A stretch of 64,000 nt of DNA from Enoplolaimus lenunculus. Taxonomy: Eukaryota. The position numbers and the translations under genes are program-made. Below the pieces are notes generated by a model. That model saw nothing but the letters and a program-made list of their open reading frames with translations, did not search any database and was not told where the DNA came from. Positions 1 to 11,600 of this stretch are shown in pieces (position 1 is the stretch's first letter; every line of letters begins with the position of its first letter). The stretch spans positions 1 to 64,000 of the forward strand of contig JASANG010002537.1 of NCBI GenBank assembly GCA_030248215.1, read 5' to 3'.

Positions 1-162
1 GTTGACGTGTCGTTTACAATATCTGATTGGGCATTTTGGATGACGTGTACCTTGTAATTTTGGTATATAAGTTGTGTGTATTCTGAAATAGCGATCTGTC
101 TTGTTCATTATCAGTATACGTTTGTTTGCTGGTTTTCAATGTAATGTAGGTCACTTCCTACA
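1..162 (+). repeat. 5' LTR (3' part only)
   Basis: Matches 4409-4575 apart from a few small indels; ends ...CTTCCTACA, followed by AT and the PBS. Confidence 0.95.
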
Positions 163-164
163 AT

Positions 165-176
165 TGGTAACCCCGA
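165..176 (+). promoter_or_regulatory. Primer binding site, tRNA-Trp-like
   Basis: TGGTAACCCCGA 2 nt after the LTR end; one mismatch to the tRNA-Trp PBS TGGTGACCCCGA known from avian leukosis/sarcoma viruses. Confidence 0.75.
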
Positions 177-317
177 GTTTTTTTGCTTTGTTCCTTGATC
201 ATAGTTCTGTTTTGTGCCAGCGAAGAGTTAGCAAAGTTTTCCTTGTTTTACGGCGATTTAAATTTGACCAGCCATTTCGCAAGGATTCACACGGTAATTT
301 CAAAGATCCAAAGCACG

Positions 318-1130
318 ATGAGCCAGTCCGATTCAAAAAACGAATCAAGCGTATCAGCCGTGGCGATCAAATTACCCCCCTTTTGGCCAACTGACCCTGA
401 GCTTTGGTTTGCTCAAGTGGAAGCTCAGTTTGCTACAAGGGCTATCACCGCACAACAGACAAAATTCAATTATGTCATCGCTTCGCTTTCGCCGGAACAC
501 GCAACGGAGGTCCGAGACTTACTCATAAATCCTCCAGCGGATCAACAATACGATGTCCTGAGGGAGCAGCTCGTTAAAAGACTTTCTGCCTCAGAGCAAC
601 GTCGTCTGCAACAGCTGCTGACCGCCGAGGAATTGGGTGACCGTAAACCATCCCAGCTGCTACGTCATATGCGCCAGTTATTAGGTGCTCAATCTTCATC
701 ACTGGATGAATCGATCCTGCGTCAGTTGTTCCTTCAACGACTTCCCGCAAACGTTCAAGCGATACTGGCTGCTTCTGAAAGTCCGACGTTAGATGCAACA
801 GCCGCACTTGCCGACCGGGTCCTCGAGGTTTCTTTGCCTGTGACATCAGCAGTTCGCAGCGACGACCAGTCACTCGCCGTCGAAGTCAAGTCTTTGCGTA
901 CTGAGGTTGCGCAACTACGCAAGCAGCTATCCATGTTCAAGTCTGGTGGTCAGGGCCGATCAAGGAAACGCACGCCGACTCCAGGACGCAACAACGACAC
1001 TAATCGAAAACGAACGCCGTCGGTAAGTAGTAATGACAATCAATGCTGGTATCATCAACGGTTCGGGAACGCTGCTTCCAAGTGCAGAACTCCCTGTTCC
1101 TGGTCGGGAAACGACAGTGCGGGGAACTAG
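318..1130 (+). CDS. gag: Gag protein of Ty3/Gypsy element
   Basis: First ATG at 318 in ORF 183-1130; [22 protein letters not shown]-terminus typical of invertebrate Gypsy Gag; C-terminal Cys/His knuckle [18 protein letters not shown]. Confidence 0.92.
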   Translation: MSQSDSKNESSVSAVAIKLPPFWPTDPELWFAQVEAQFATRAITAQQTKFNYVIASLSPEHATEVRDLLINPPADQQYDVLREQLVKRLSASEQRRLQQLLTAEELGDRKPSQLLRHMRQLLGAQSSSLDESILRQLFLQRLPANVQAILAASESPTLDATAALADRVLEVSLPVTSAVRSDDQSLAVEVKSLRTEVAQLRKQLSMFKSGGQGRSRKRTPTPGRNNDTNRKRTPSVSSNDNQCWYHQRFGNAASKCRTPCSWSGNDSAGN

Positions 1131-4100
1131 CAACGACGAGTGGCCCCGCAAATCCCAAACAAGAAGGTCGTTTGTTTTTCGTTAAGGACCGTATTTCGGG
1201 TTCAAAGTTTCTCGTCGACACCGGCGCTCAAGTGTCAGTTTTCAAAGCAACACCACAGGACCTGCGACGTAATCAAGCGACTTCTCCACTCAAGGCTGCA
1301 AACAATACAATAATTCGCACCTATGGGCACCGCTCAGTAACATTAGACTTGGGATTAAAGCGAATTATACGATGGATATTCGTCATTGCTGATGTTGCTT
1401 TTCCAATTATCGGCGCTGATTTACTGTCTCATTTTGACTTGCTACCTGACATCAAGCGATCACAGCTTCACGATGCTATCACCTTGCTTTCAGTCAAAGG
1501 TATACCATCTCCTGTGCGAACATTGCAATTAACGACTTTAAACAACTCGCCTGCACCGATTTATCGTCACATACTTCAGGAATTTCCAAGCGTTACAACA
1601 TCAGCGAATTTCAATGCGCCCGTCAAGCATCATATTGTTCATTATATTGTGACCAAGGGTCCCCCAGTGTTCGCTCGGGCAAGACGGCTTCCTCCTGCCA
1701 AGTTAAAAATCGCCAAAGCGGAATTCGATCATATGCTCGAGCTTGGAATTATTCGTCCATCCTCAAGCAGTTATTCATCAGCCCTTCACATGGTTCCCAA
1801 GAAAAACGGCGATTGGCGGCCATGTGGCGATTACCGGGCGTTGAATAATATCACTGAACCAGATCGATATCCTATTCCAAATATTCAAGATTTTACTGCC
1901 TCATTATCGGGGACTACAATATTTTCTAAAATTGACCTTGTTCGGGCATACCATCAAATCCCCGTTGCAGCTGAAGACATACCCAAAACGGCGATCATTA
2001 CTCCATTTGGACTCTTTGAATATGTTCGAATGCCGTTCGGTTTAAGGAATGCCGCACAGACTTTTCAACGATTCATTGATAACGTTGTACGCGGCCTTGA
2101 TTTTTGTTTCGTATATCTCGACGATATTTTAGTTGCGAGCAAAGATGAATATTGTCACCAGCAGCACCTCCGGCAGCTATTTCACCGCCTCAATAAATTC
2201 GGTATTGTAATCAATCCTGAAAAATGTCAATTTGGTTTGCCGCAATTGGAATTTCTTGGTCACTATCTCGACAAAAATGGTATCAAACCACTCGATACCA
2301 AAGTCAAAGTGGTGCAAGAGTTTCCATTGCCACCATCGCGTAAAAAGTTGTTGGAATTTCTTGGTATGGTCAATTTTTACCATCGGTTTATACCCCGCTG
2401 CGCTTCAATCACTCAGCCACTGGTTGCTCTAACGGTGACAACAAAAGGTGACAAAGCAATCAAATGGACGGATGACACCAAGAAATCATTTTCTGATGTA
2501 AAGAACGCTCTTGCAAAAGCGACAATGCTAGCACATCCATTGCCGCAAGCACAACTTTGCCTCATGATTGACGCTTCCGACAACTCTGTTGGAGCGGTTC
2601 TCCAGCAACGAAGGTTGACATCACAACCTTGGGAACCACTGGGGTTTTTCTCAAAAAAACTGCAACCAAGAGAAACGCGTTACAGCACATTCGGACGAGA
2701 ACTTCTGGCCGCATATTTAGCAATCCGGCATTTTCGTTATACAGTGGAAGGCAGACCGTTCCACATTTTGACGGATCACAAGCCTTTAACGTTCGCCTTA
2801 CATTCACGCTCAGAACGATCAAACCCTCGGGAATCTCGACAATTGGATTTCATTTCCCAATTTACGTCCGATATTCGTTATGTTAAGGGCCGTGAAAACA
2901 CAACAGCCGATGCGCTATCGCGAATCGGCACAGTAACAGCATCGCCGTTAGACTACGTCGAAGTGTCACATGCTCAGCAAAACGACGAGGAATTGACGAA
3001 CCTGCGTCAGCAAGGTAACAAATCTTTGCAATTGCAAGACTGTCCTATTTCTGGTACTGATCGAACTATAGTTTGCGATTTTTCTACAGGCCGTGCGCGT
3101 CCATATGTTCCGTTACCATTCAGGCATCAAGTTTTTGACGCGCTGCATAAAATTTCACATCCGGGTATACGTGCTACTCAGAGACTAATTTTGCAACGGT
3201 TCGTGTGGCCAAATGCTAACCGCGATGTCCGAAAATGGGCGAAAACGTGTTTTCAATGTCAGCGTTCGAAAATTCAACGCCATACGTCTTCACCTCTTCA
3301 GCGTTTTACGGTGCCGGATCGACGTTTTGGCCATGTTCATATCGATATTGTTGGTCCATTTCCTCCCGTGCATGGGTTTTGTTACCTTCTCACGGCCATT
3401 GATCGTTTTACTCGCTGGCCGGAAGCATTTCCAATTGCTGACATAACCGCGGAAACAATTGCAAACACCTTAATCATCGGATGGGTTTCTCGATTCGGTG
3501 TGCCAACCTCTATTACCAGTGACCGTGGTAGACAATTTGAATGCGATTTGTTCAAACGCCTCACTTCGCTTCTCGGCGTGCGTCATTTTCGAACGACTGC
3601 ATATCATCCCGCGGCTAATGGTTTAGTCGAACGTTTTCACCGACAGCTGAAAACATCGCTCAGAGCACGAGATCTTTCGATCCCATGGATCAGAGCCTTA
3701 CCACTCGTGCTATTGGGAGCTCGAGCAGCAGTAAAACCGGATTTAAATTGTTCAGCCGCCGAAATGGTGTATGGTACAACCCTTCGACTTCCTGGTGAGT
3801 TTATTGCCGAAGCCAAAATCGAACCCTGCGATTCATCCGCGTTTGTGGAATCACTACGCAATGTTATGCGCTTCTTAAAACCAGCCCCCGACCGGCCATC
3901 CAATCGACCATTTTTCGTTCCTCGCGAGCTAAATGACTGTGAGTTTGCTTTCGTCCGCAACGACACAATCCGCAAACCGCTCCAAGCGCCGTACGATGGT
4001 CCGTTTAAGGTACTCAAACGAAATTCTAAGTATTATACGTTGCAGTACAACAACCGCAAAGAAACGGTGAATATTGACCGTCTCAAACCAGCATTTGTCG

Positions 4101-4213
4101 ATAATCCTGATTCACATGCTGGAACCATGATTACCTCCAACGACCCAGAAGTTCGGAAGACAACACGTTCCGGACGCCGAGTCCATTTTCCAGATCGATT
4201 CAAGTCACAATAA
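1043..4213 (+). CDS. pol: Pol polyprotein (protease, RT, RNase H, integrase), expressed by frameshift at ~1110
   Basis: Protease FLVDTGA; RT MPFGL and YLDD; RNase H DASD...TDHKPL; integrase HHCC (LHKISHPG...CFQC) and DDE ([23 protein letters not shown]); no internal stops. Confidence 0.97.
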   Translation: MLVSSTVRERCFQVQNSLFLVGKRQCGELATTSGPANPKQEGRLFFVKDRISGSKFLVDTGAQVSVFKATPQDLRRNQATSPLKAANNTIIRTYGHRSVTLDLGLKRIIRWIFVIADVAFPIIGADLLSHFDLLPDIKRSQLHDAITLLSVKGIPSPVRTLQLTTLNNSPAPIYRHILQEFPSVTTSANFNAPVKHHIVHYIVTKGPPVFARARRLPPAKLKIAKAEFDHMLELGIIRPSSSSYSSALHMVPKKNGDWRPCGDYRALNNITEPDRYPIPNIQDFTASLSGTTIFSKIDLVRAYHQIPVAAEDIPKTAIITPFGLFEYVRMPFGLRNAAQTFQRFIDNVVRGLDFCFVYLDDILVASKDEYCHQQHLRQLFHRLNKFGIVINPEKCQFGLPQLEFLGHYLDKNGIKPLDTKVKVVQEFPLPPSRKKLLEFLGMVNFYHRFIPRCASITQPLVALTVTTKGDKAIKWTDDTKKSFSDVKNALAKATMLAHPLPQAQLCLMIDASDNSVGAVLQQRRLTSQPWEPLGFFSKKLQPRETRYSTFGRELLAAYLAIRHFRYTVEGRPFHILTDHKPLTFALHSRSERSNPRESRQLDFISQFTSDIRYVKGRENTTADALSRIGTVTASPLDYVEVSHAQQNDEELTNLRQQGNKSLQLQDCPISGTDRTIVCDFSTGRARPYVPLPFRHQVFDALHKISHPGIRATQRLILQRFVWPNANRDVRKWAKTCFQCQRSKIQRHTSSPLQRFTVPDRRFGHVHIDIVGPFPPVHGFCYLLTAIDRFTRWPEAFPIADITAETIANTLIIGWVSRFGVPTSITSDRGRQFECDLFKRLTSLLGVRHFRTTAYHPAANGLVERFHRQLKTSLRARDLSIPWIRALPLVLLGARAAVKPDLNCSAAEMVYGTTLRLPGEFIAEAKIEPCDSSAFVESLRNVMRFLKPAPDRPSNRPFFVPRELNDCEFAFVRNDTIRKPLQAPYDGPFKVLKRNSKYYTLQYNNRKETVNIDRLKPAFVDNPDSHAGTMITSNDPEVRKTTRSGRRVHFPDRFKSQ
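1106..1172 (+). promoter_or_regulatory. -1 programmed ribosomal frameshift signal (slippery heptamer plus stem/pseudoknot)
   Basis: G GGA AAC at 1106-1112 in gag frame; pol is in the -1 frame; TGCGGGG 1118-1124 pairs with CCCCGCA 1144-1150; loop AACGAC 1132-1137 is complementary to GTCGTT 1167-1172. Confidence 0.8.
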
Positions 4214-4223
4214 CTTCAAATCT

Positions 4224-4232
4224 GGGGGGGGG
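4224..4232 (+). promoter_or_regulatory. Polypurine tract
   Basis: G9 run just upstream of the 3' LTR start TGTAG at 4238. Confidence 0.8.
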
Positions 4233-4237
4233 TATAC

Positions 4238-4575
4238 TGTAGCGGGCTCACGATCAGGCGACAATACTCATTTTGTAGAAGAACCAATGTTGTTTGCTGC
4301 TGACGTGGTTTACTAGGTAGATTAAACCCTACGCGTCAACAAGTAATTGGACAGTACTGAGGACGTGTCAGTAAAAATATTGTTGTTAAAATATTACTGG
4401 TGATTTACGTTGACGTGTCGTTCTACAATATTCTGATTGGGCATTTTGGATGACGTGTACCTTGTAATTTTGGTATATAAGTTGTGTGTATTCTGAAATA
4501 GCGATCTGTCTTGTTCATTATCAGTATACGTTTGTTTGCTGGTTTTCAACTTAGTAATGTAGGTCACTTCCTACA
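4238..4575 (+). repeat. 3' LTR (~338 bp)
   Basis: Starts TGTAG after the PPT, ends CTACA (5-bp terminal inverted repeat); its 3' part repeats 1-162. Confidence 0.93.
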
Positions 4576-4915
4576 TATATATCGGGACATGGTAGAAAAG
4601 TTTCGCAATTAAGGACACAAGGTTGACAGAGAGCCTATTTATTCAAAGTCGGGCGGGGTCAATGTAAAGAACAGCGCCGTAAACAGTAGTATAAGCAAAA
4701 AATTTTAAGCCTACTCCTACGCATAAGCATAAGAATAAAGGTTTATACCAGGGTACAACCGGAAGTCTGTTTCCGACTCCGGCTCCGGCAGAAAATCGAC
4801 CTCCGGCTCCGGCTCCGGAGGGCGGGGTCTATGTAAAGAACAGCGCCGTAAACAGTAGTATAAGCAAATTTTTAAGCCTACTCCTACGCATAAGCGAAAG
4901 AATAAAGGTTTATAC

Positions 4916-5261
4916 CAGGGTACAACCGGAAGTCTGCTTCCGGCTCCGACTCCGGCTCCGGAAGAATTTTTGCCGGAGGTTCCTTCAATTTTGGTAGTAC
5001 AATTTTTCACAGAATTTAGCAAAATTTATCTGTTTAGTGTGTTTCGCTTTACTTTTGTCACAATTTTAAGAAGAGAATTTCCGAGATTTTCCAGAAAATT
5101 AACGTAAAACTAAACAACTTAACAACATATTGCAGATATTGGCTAAAATTAACTAATTATTCATCATTTTTACTGCATAATTTCGCCTCACCTCCGGCTC
5201 CCGCAAGTTTCGTTGACCTCCGGTTCCGGCTCAGGTATTTTTAACCTCCGGTTGCACCCTG
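4916..5261. mobile_element. hAT-like MITE nested in a TTAGGC-family MITE
   Basis: TIRs CAGGGTACAACCGGAAG / CCTCCGGTTGCACCCTG; perfect 8-bp TSD GTTTATAC at 4908-4915 and 5262-5269. Related pieces near 19277-19570, 28940-29220, 29974 and 47560-47790. Confidence 0.85.
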
Positions 5262-6046
5262 GTTTATACGTAAGCCTAAGCCTAAGCAAAAAATAGTCCT
5301 AGGCTTAAGCTTGCTCTATATAGTCCCACCGAAAAACTTTGCGCCCTTGAACTTTACATGAACCCAAATCCGTAAGGTTGAGAGTTATTATATAAAGGTT
5401 ATAAATCCCTCTATCCGTTTCCTATGTAATCCGGTGCGTAGAAACGCCGCGAAACTACTGTTATTTTATGCTCATATGTATATTATTATATTATGTAAAT
5501 AGCTTTAAAACCATTCAGTCTTCAATACCGACATGCTGTATAACTGTGATTCTGATGGAGCCGAATTTGACTTAGCTTTTGCAGTCCCATAGAGCCTATT
5601 TCGGAGAGAGTCAATTTGACTCACCATTTTTTGCAGTGTAAGGCCCTTTGACTGTTTTCCTCTTGACGTAGGAATTGGTCTTCCGAGAACACCAGCTCTC
5701 AAACGAAGGTTTAGATCGCACCAAACTGGCACTGCCTATGTACAAAAAACACAAATCTGTTACGTGCATTTTGCAAATATTTTCAGATCTGTAATGCGCA
5801 CAAGCTGTTTGGAACATAAAAATACACAAATGACAGAAGTTTTAGCTTTGAACAATAATTATGCGTAGACAGTTTAAATTAGCTAAAAGCACAAGTTGAT
5901 ACGGATGCAATTAGCTAAAAATACGTGAAAATGGAATTTTTTCACGCTTCAAACGTTAACTGCATATATGTTCACTGCGGTAACTTTAGAACTTTTCGGC
6001 ATTAAAGTTTTGAAAATTAGAGCCCGCTTTTTAAATTATATTGATT

Positions 6047-6596
6047 CAGGGGCGTACCGAAAAGGGGGGCGGCCACACCATGCTTCACACCTGGGTTCTC
6101 ACTTGCATCACACGCGAGTTTTTTTTTTTGCTGTGAAAATTTGAAAAATTTTGCCTGCGGAGCTGTTCAAAGGAAAACGTTCAAATCACATTTACAAATT
6201 TGACAAGCTCAAAACTAAAGATAGTAATAAAAATTGTTGCAAAGTTTTACAATTACCCCAGCTCTAGACCGGGCACGTTTCAATTTAGTAATTTAGGCGC
6301 TGTAGTTTATGAAATGAACCATTTTGAAACTGTTGCAGAGAGATGCGTGTGCACGCGGCGAACAATTCAACCTGGTCCGGTTACCCAGCTCGCCAAAAAT
6401 TTACATGACCTAAAAGAGAATATTGAAATTGGGCTCGGAATCGGCCGGTTTAGCGTGGCCAATCTCATATATCCCATCAATAAATTAAGATCCGTCACTA
6501 CTAAAGGGTTATACGTATACTTTTGGGTGGAAACCAAGGTATGGACATGGACCTGGTAGGATGCAGCCCCAATCCAAATTCCTCAGCACGCCACTG
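6047..6596. mobile_element. hAT-like MITE
   Basis: Ends CAGGGGCGTACCGA / TCAGCACGCCACTG; 8-bp TSD TATTGATT / TATCGATT; related end at ~20098. Confidence 0.65.
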
Positions 6597-6764
6597 TATC
6601 GATTTTAGCACGTGTATTTAGGAGTTTAGATTCTAATTTCGTTCGTAGTCAGAATACTTTTTTTGCTTTGGCTTAGGCATTAGGCTTAGCTATGAGCTCA
6701 TTCTTAAGCTTAGGCTTAGGCTTAGTTATATGCTTATACGATGCCTACTATATACTGTTCCACG

Positions 6765-7135
6765 GGTGTTTCAGTGAATTATGTGTTTGTAGTTAATGTA
6801 TGCAACTTAAAAATTTATGCAACAAATTTGAGAATTTTTGTAAGAATTTCTTTCAAATTTTCAGTAATTTTTAGATAATGGCTGGGTTTTTGAGTGAATT
6901 ATGTGTTTGTAGTTAATAAATGCAACTTAAAAATGTATGCAACGAATTTGATAATTTTAATAAGAATTTCTTTAAAAATTTCAGAGCTTTTTAGATAATG
7001 GCTGGGTTTTTGAGTCAATTATGTGGTTGTACTTTAAATACAACTTAAAATTTTTGCAACGATTTTGAAATATTTTGTTAGAATATCCTACAAAATTTCA
7101 GAAATGTTTAGATAACGGCTGGGTTTTTCAGTGAA
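6765..7135. repeat. Tandem repeat, ~3 x 120 bp
   Basis: GTGAATTATGTGTTTGTAGTTAAT... recurs at ~6774, ~6894 and ~7014. Confidence 0.85.
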
Positions 7136-7465
7136 CCTAACGTTGAGGTAAAATTAACCGTTGGCATAAAACTAACTATCGGGGTGAAACCAACCGTTTG
7201 AGTGAAAGCAACCGTTGCAGTGAAACCGGCTGTTGAGGTGTAACAAATCGTTGGGGTGAAACTTCGTGAAACAATCATTTCGGGTGAGCGCAGCCGTTGG
7301 AGTGAACCAAATCTCTGGTGTAAAACCAACTGATTTAACGAAACCGACTACTAGAGTGAAACCAATCACTGCGTCAAACCGGTCAATGGGGTGAAACGGA
7401 TCGTTGGTTTGCGAGGGGGGTCGTTGCTGTGAAATTAAACCGTTATGGATGAAACCAACGCTGGG
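7130..7465. repeat. Degenerate ~18-bp minisatellite (GTGAAACCAACCGTTGGG-like)
   Basis: Repeated GTGAAAC...CGTTG units; produce the spurious VGFTP-repeat ORFs on the minus strand. Confidence 0.75.
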
Positions 7466-8430
7466 AAAACTAGCGGATCCAAAGAAGAACGGGAAGGCGA
7501 ACGCCCCCGTCAGAATTCCCTACCCTACAACTTTTCCCCTCAGAAATTTCCTGCAGATATTTTTTGTGTTAAAGTGGTAAGGTATATTTCTTACGTTTTC
7601 TCATCAGAAAATTTTTTGTATAAAACACAATTTTGCCCGCAGAATTTTTTGTAATAAAATAGTAAGCTCCCTACCTTACAATTTTTGCGTTTCATAACAT
7701 TTTCCGGCCCGCCACCCCCCGGTCAAAAACATTTGGATCCGCCTCTGGGTACGGATAAATTTAACATTGGGTTTAGAGGATAAACCGTATGTGAGAACAA
7801 TACCTGTAGCGAATGTGTAAATATGAAATATGTTGTGTATTACACAACTGTGAACCCTCAACACAGCAGATTGTCCAATAAGTTAACATTGAAACAGAAT
7901 TTCAAAATATTGCTTAACAAAGTTTTTCATAAGGAAGAAGGTAAAGTCATTCCACGAATATCGCCTGTTATAAAATCATTAATCTAATTTTAGGCGGACC
8001 GTATGATAGCCCAACTACAAAAAAGGAACTAGGGTGTTGCTATGAATAAATGGTCTCTAAGAAATGCCACTTGACATATTGCAGTATTCCCGGTGTTAAA
8101 CATTTTGGTGCAAGACAAAAATTTGAGAGAGAATATATTCAACCGTTAAAATTTAATAGTTCTTATAATTGTGCGTTGCAAGCAAACAATACAAAGCAAA
8201 ACTTTTCTTGTTTTGACGTCTTTCCAAGTTGATTCTCTGCGCGTTTGAATAAAAAGTGAGTATTTTGACACGAGTAAACCAGGGTAACTTTATAACATAC
8301 AAATAAGTGCAAAAATTAGTGTTTTCTGAATAAAGTATTTTTCGATAAAGCTTGGTTAATACCAAAAATAAACAAATCGATTAGTTTTATCGGAAAAAAT
8401 TTTCAATTGCTGTCTTTAAAATGTTTTCTT

Positions 8431-8694
8431 TTATTTGTGACTTTTTTCTCGATACGAATTCCACATTTCTGTTGCCCATGGAAGTGCTTCGTAGCGTTTT
8501 GACTCCAGCTTCAAATCGGATGCACCTTGTCGAGCGTGAAGCACCATACGACTGAATTGCTGGTTGCAGTGGTAAACGCACTGCTCAATTTGGGCTTCGC
8601 ATTTGTGCTTGCAAATTCCACCGTCGCTATTCACCGGTTGACAAAACAAAATAATGGCGTACATTGTATACACAATGAATAGTATTTGTTGCAT
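8431..8694 (-). CDS. Small secreted Cys-hairpin peptide precursor, paralog 1 (87 aa, unknown family)
   Basis: ATG in ACCATG context; hydrophobic signal peptide ending ~PVNS; CKHKC-EAQIEQ-CVYHC; KR site; WATEMWNSY tail; AATAAA overlaps stop; clear similarity to 12801-13043. Confidence 0.75.
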   Translation of the reverse strand: MQQILFIVYTMYAIILFCQPVNSDGGICKHKCEAQIEQCVYHCNQQFSRMVLHARQGASDLKLESKRYEALPWATEMWNSYREKSHK

Positions 8695-11600
8695 GGTTAA
8701 TATACGTTGCGGCAGAATTTATTTTAAGTTTTATGAAGCTGTCCTAAAGTGTAAAATATAATCTCTAAGAGGCGGGGCACAGTTGCCGTTGCAGCTGACA
8801 CCCCTGAGAATTAGAAATTGTGTCAAAAACGAAATATTATTTCGAACGCTTTTTTGTCGTTTTAAGTAGCATCTTTCGCAACTCTTTTTGCCAAGTGGAG
8901 AAATTCCAAACCAAATCGCAAGTATAAACGAAAACGCTGCTAAATCAATGCCTTCTAGTGTTTGTCAAAGTGTTATAAAACACTTATTTCAAAACATAAA
9001 AAGCCTTCTGTATTTTTGACACGATTCCTCAAGCACTAGGGGTATATTTTGTGGATTATATACACAAGTCTCAAACCATGATCTTATATATGCTAAAGAA
9101 CTCTGAACAAAACATCAATGATATAACTATATAACCGTCTATAAACAATAGTTTTTAAGACAGTAATCGCAATTGGACTGACGGGCTGTTAGCAAATGTT
9201 TTTTGTTGTCTGGTTTTATGACAAATTCCAAGGAAAAATGATGCCGTATGGTAGGTAGTTTGGCTTTGCTCGTACACGTAGTCTACGTAGTATTAAAATT
9301 CGGAAATTTTGCTGTTATTGAACTCGAAATGCTTGCGACGGCCGCGACAAGAATACTGTTCAGTTGATCATTGTGAAATTTCAACATTTCAACTCTTTAT
9401 CACTTATCACAAAGCACAGCAACTGCACAAAACTGCCATCATAGTTCAAGAAATCATGTCAAAAAACGAAACGCTTTTGGTGTTTTGAAAAAGGCGTTTA
9501 TATTGATGCTAGAATACTTTTTTTGACAATTCATGCTTACAAGTGTTCACTAATAATTGCGTTTAATTTTCACTGTTTGAACTGCGAAGTGTTTAAAATA
9601 GTATTTTTACACCGTTTTCAAGCTAGAGTATACCGGTACGCTACGTTAACGTCTGAGTAAAATAGTTTGCTACAGTTTGACAAAACAATATGAAGGACTT
9701 CAAAATATATAAAATTATGGTCATAGCCAGGATATTTGATTTGGGGACGGCCACACCAGTGGTATATTGTTTACAGATTTATAGCTTAATCAATTGATGT
9801 TGGTTTATTGAAATAAAGTTTTTTCAAAACAACTGAAGGGGCCACGGCTCCATTGGCTCCCCTCTATGACTACGCAATTGCTTATTATCTGGTTGCTCTC
9901 AAAATATAACACAAATACGACAAGCGTATTTTATATGGACCAAAACCTTCCGTTGGAAAAGGACACGTGCATTTTGAAATTTTACAGTTTTAAAGTTATA
10001 AAACGATAAAATATCTAAAGCCACACACAAAATAAATTGTTTTTATTCAAGAAATATTGTCTGAAATTTAAGACAATTATGTCTTGATACGGACTCCAAA
10101 CATGTACGTTTTGAATTCAAGACTTTTAGTTCTTAAATTTTTCAGAAACATGGGTCTGAAACGTTTTAGACTAAAAGTGTGAAATTTAAAACTTTGTTTC
10201 ATGAACGTTTAAGACAACTATTTTTGAAATATAAGGCAAACATTTCTGAAACATAAGACGAATATGTCTGAAATACACGACAAATGTTTTCCAGAGAACG
10301 ACTTCAAAATTGGGAGATAAAGCTCAACCATACCGTAGTTTTACAACCTAAGATACGTCCAAGACATAAACTTAGGTTGGAGGTAGCCTATGCTCATCCA
10401 GAAATATCCTTAAAATTTGATTATTTAAATACACTTCTACGAATATAAACTGAGCAACTTTTTTACATACGTAAAAATTAGAAAATTAGTCTTGAATATA
10501 AGACAGCTATTTCTTGAAATGAAGAAATCTATGTCTAAAAAATTGGCAACAGTAATTTTGTAAATATAAGATATTTTTGTTTTAACCGTTTCAGACATGA
10601 ATTTCTGAGCTGTTTAAGGCTATTGATGTCCGAAATACAAGACATTTTTACGTCTTTAAAATTTAAGAAAGTATGAGTATTGAAATTTCAAGAAATTTAC
10701 TTTAAGTGCAGTAACCGATTACCAAAAAAATTTGTGGTTCGCTACTATGCGCCGCAACTAATTTGTTGCAGTATCTACAATATATATTCATCGTTTTTGA
10801 GCAAAAACAGCGTTATTTATATGTGAGGTTAAAGAATCGCGGAACCATATGAATAAAGCATCAAAAATATACAATTACCATTATTTATTGCCAACGACTT
10901 AATTTAAACATAAATCCTAAATTCCATGCCGATAAGTTCGTTGAATATTTTACTATAGAAAATTGATCAAAACCAAAAATTTCATTTCCTAGACACGACC
11001 TAATTTATCATTAAACTTTGAACTGAACTCCTTTGTCTGCAATTGGCTTTATCAGTTCACTGTGACCTGTTTAAATCAAAAATGACCTAAATATTTGATT
11101 AGGTTCATCCTGTGCCACGGCTGGTGTAATACAGGAAGTGTCTCGATTGCCAGCGGCTGCGCCGTTGCTGGCCCTTGTTCGCTAAATTTTATCCTTTGAG
11201 AACGTGTAGGTATATAGCAGCGCTAAATTAATTTGTCTTTTTACTAGACAATTGTTTTTCCATTGAGCGCCAGTGTGTAGAACAGGGTTGTGACAGTATT
11301 ATAAGCATATCCCTAAATTGTAAGACAAGCCTATGCGTAAGAATGAGCTTTTAACTGAGCCTGAGCCTAAGCTTGAGCCTAAACCTAAGCAAAAAATTAG
11401 TCTATAGCTTAAGTCTGCTCTATTGCAGTCCTACAGAACAATTTCGCCCGTGATCTTCACATGAGATCCCCAAGTTACCTCAGCGTACCAAGTTGCTTGT
11501 CTGCAAATGTTTAACGAGTGTTTGTATGGGTAGCGAGTGCCGCGACGACCGCCCTTCCTACCCCATAGGCAAGCCGGGCACCTTGAGGACCCATTGGGAA

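Larger units (their letters stand above)
1..4575 (+). mobile_element. Ty3/Gypsy LTR retrotransposon, apparently full-length (5' LTR truncated by window edge)
   Basis: Direct repeats 1-162 and ~4409-4575; PBS after 5' LTR; uninterrupted gag and pol ORFs in PR-RT-RH-IN order (Gypsy order); PPT before 3' LTR; LTR termini TGTAG...CTACA. Confidence 0.97.

Noticed and set aside
574..4017. Small antisense and alternate-frame ORFs inside gag-pol
   Set aside because: Shadow ORFs with no motifs or independent signals.
7130..7465. CRISPR-like array (GTGAAAC-led repeats)
   Set aside because: Contiguous degenerate 18-mers with no unique spacers, no cas genes, and a eukaryotic context.
11080..11190. Integrase-like remnant on the minus strand (AQPLAIETLPVLHQPWHRMNL)
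   Set aside because: Too short, with no flanking DDE residues or LTRs; cannot be supported by eye.
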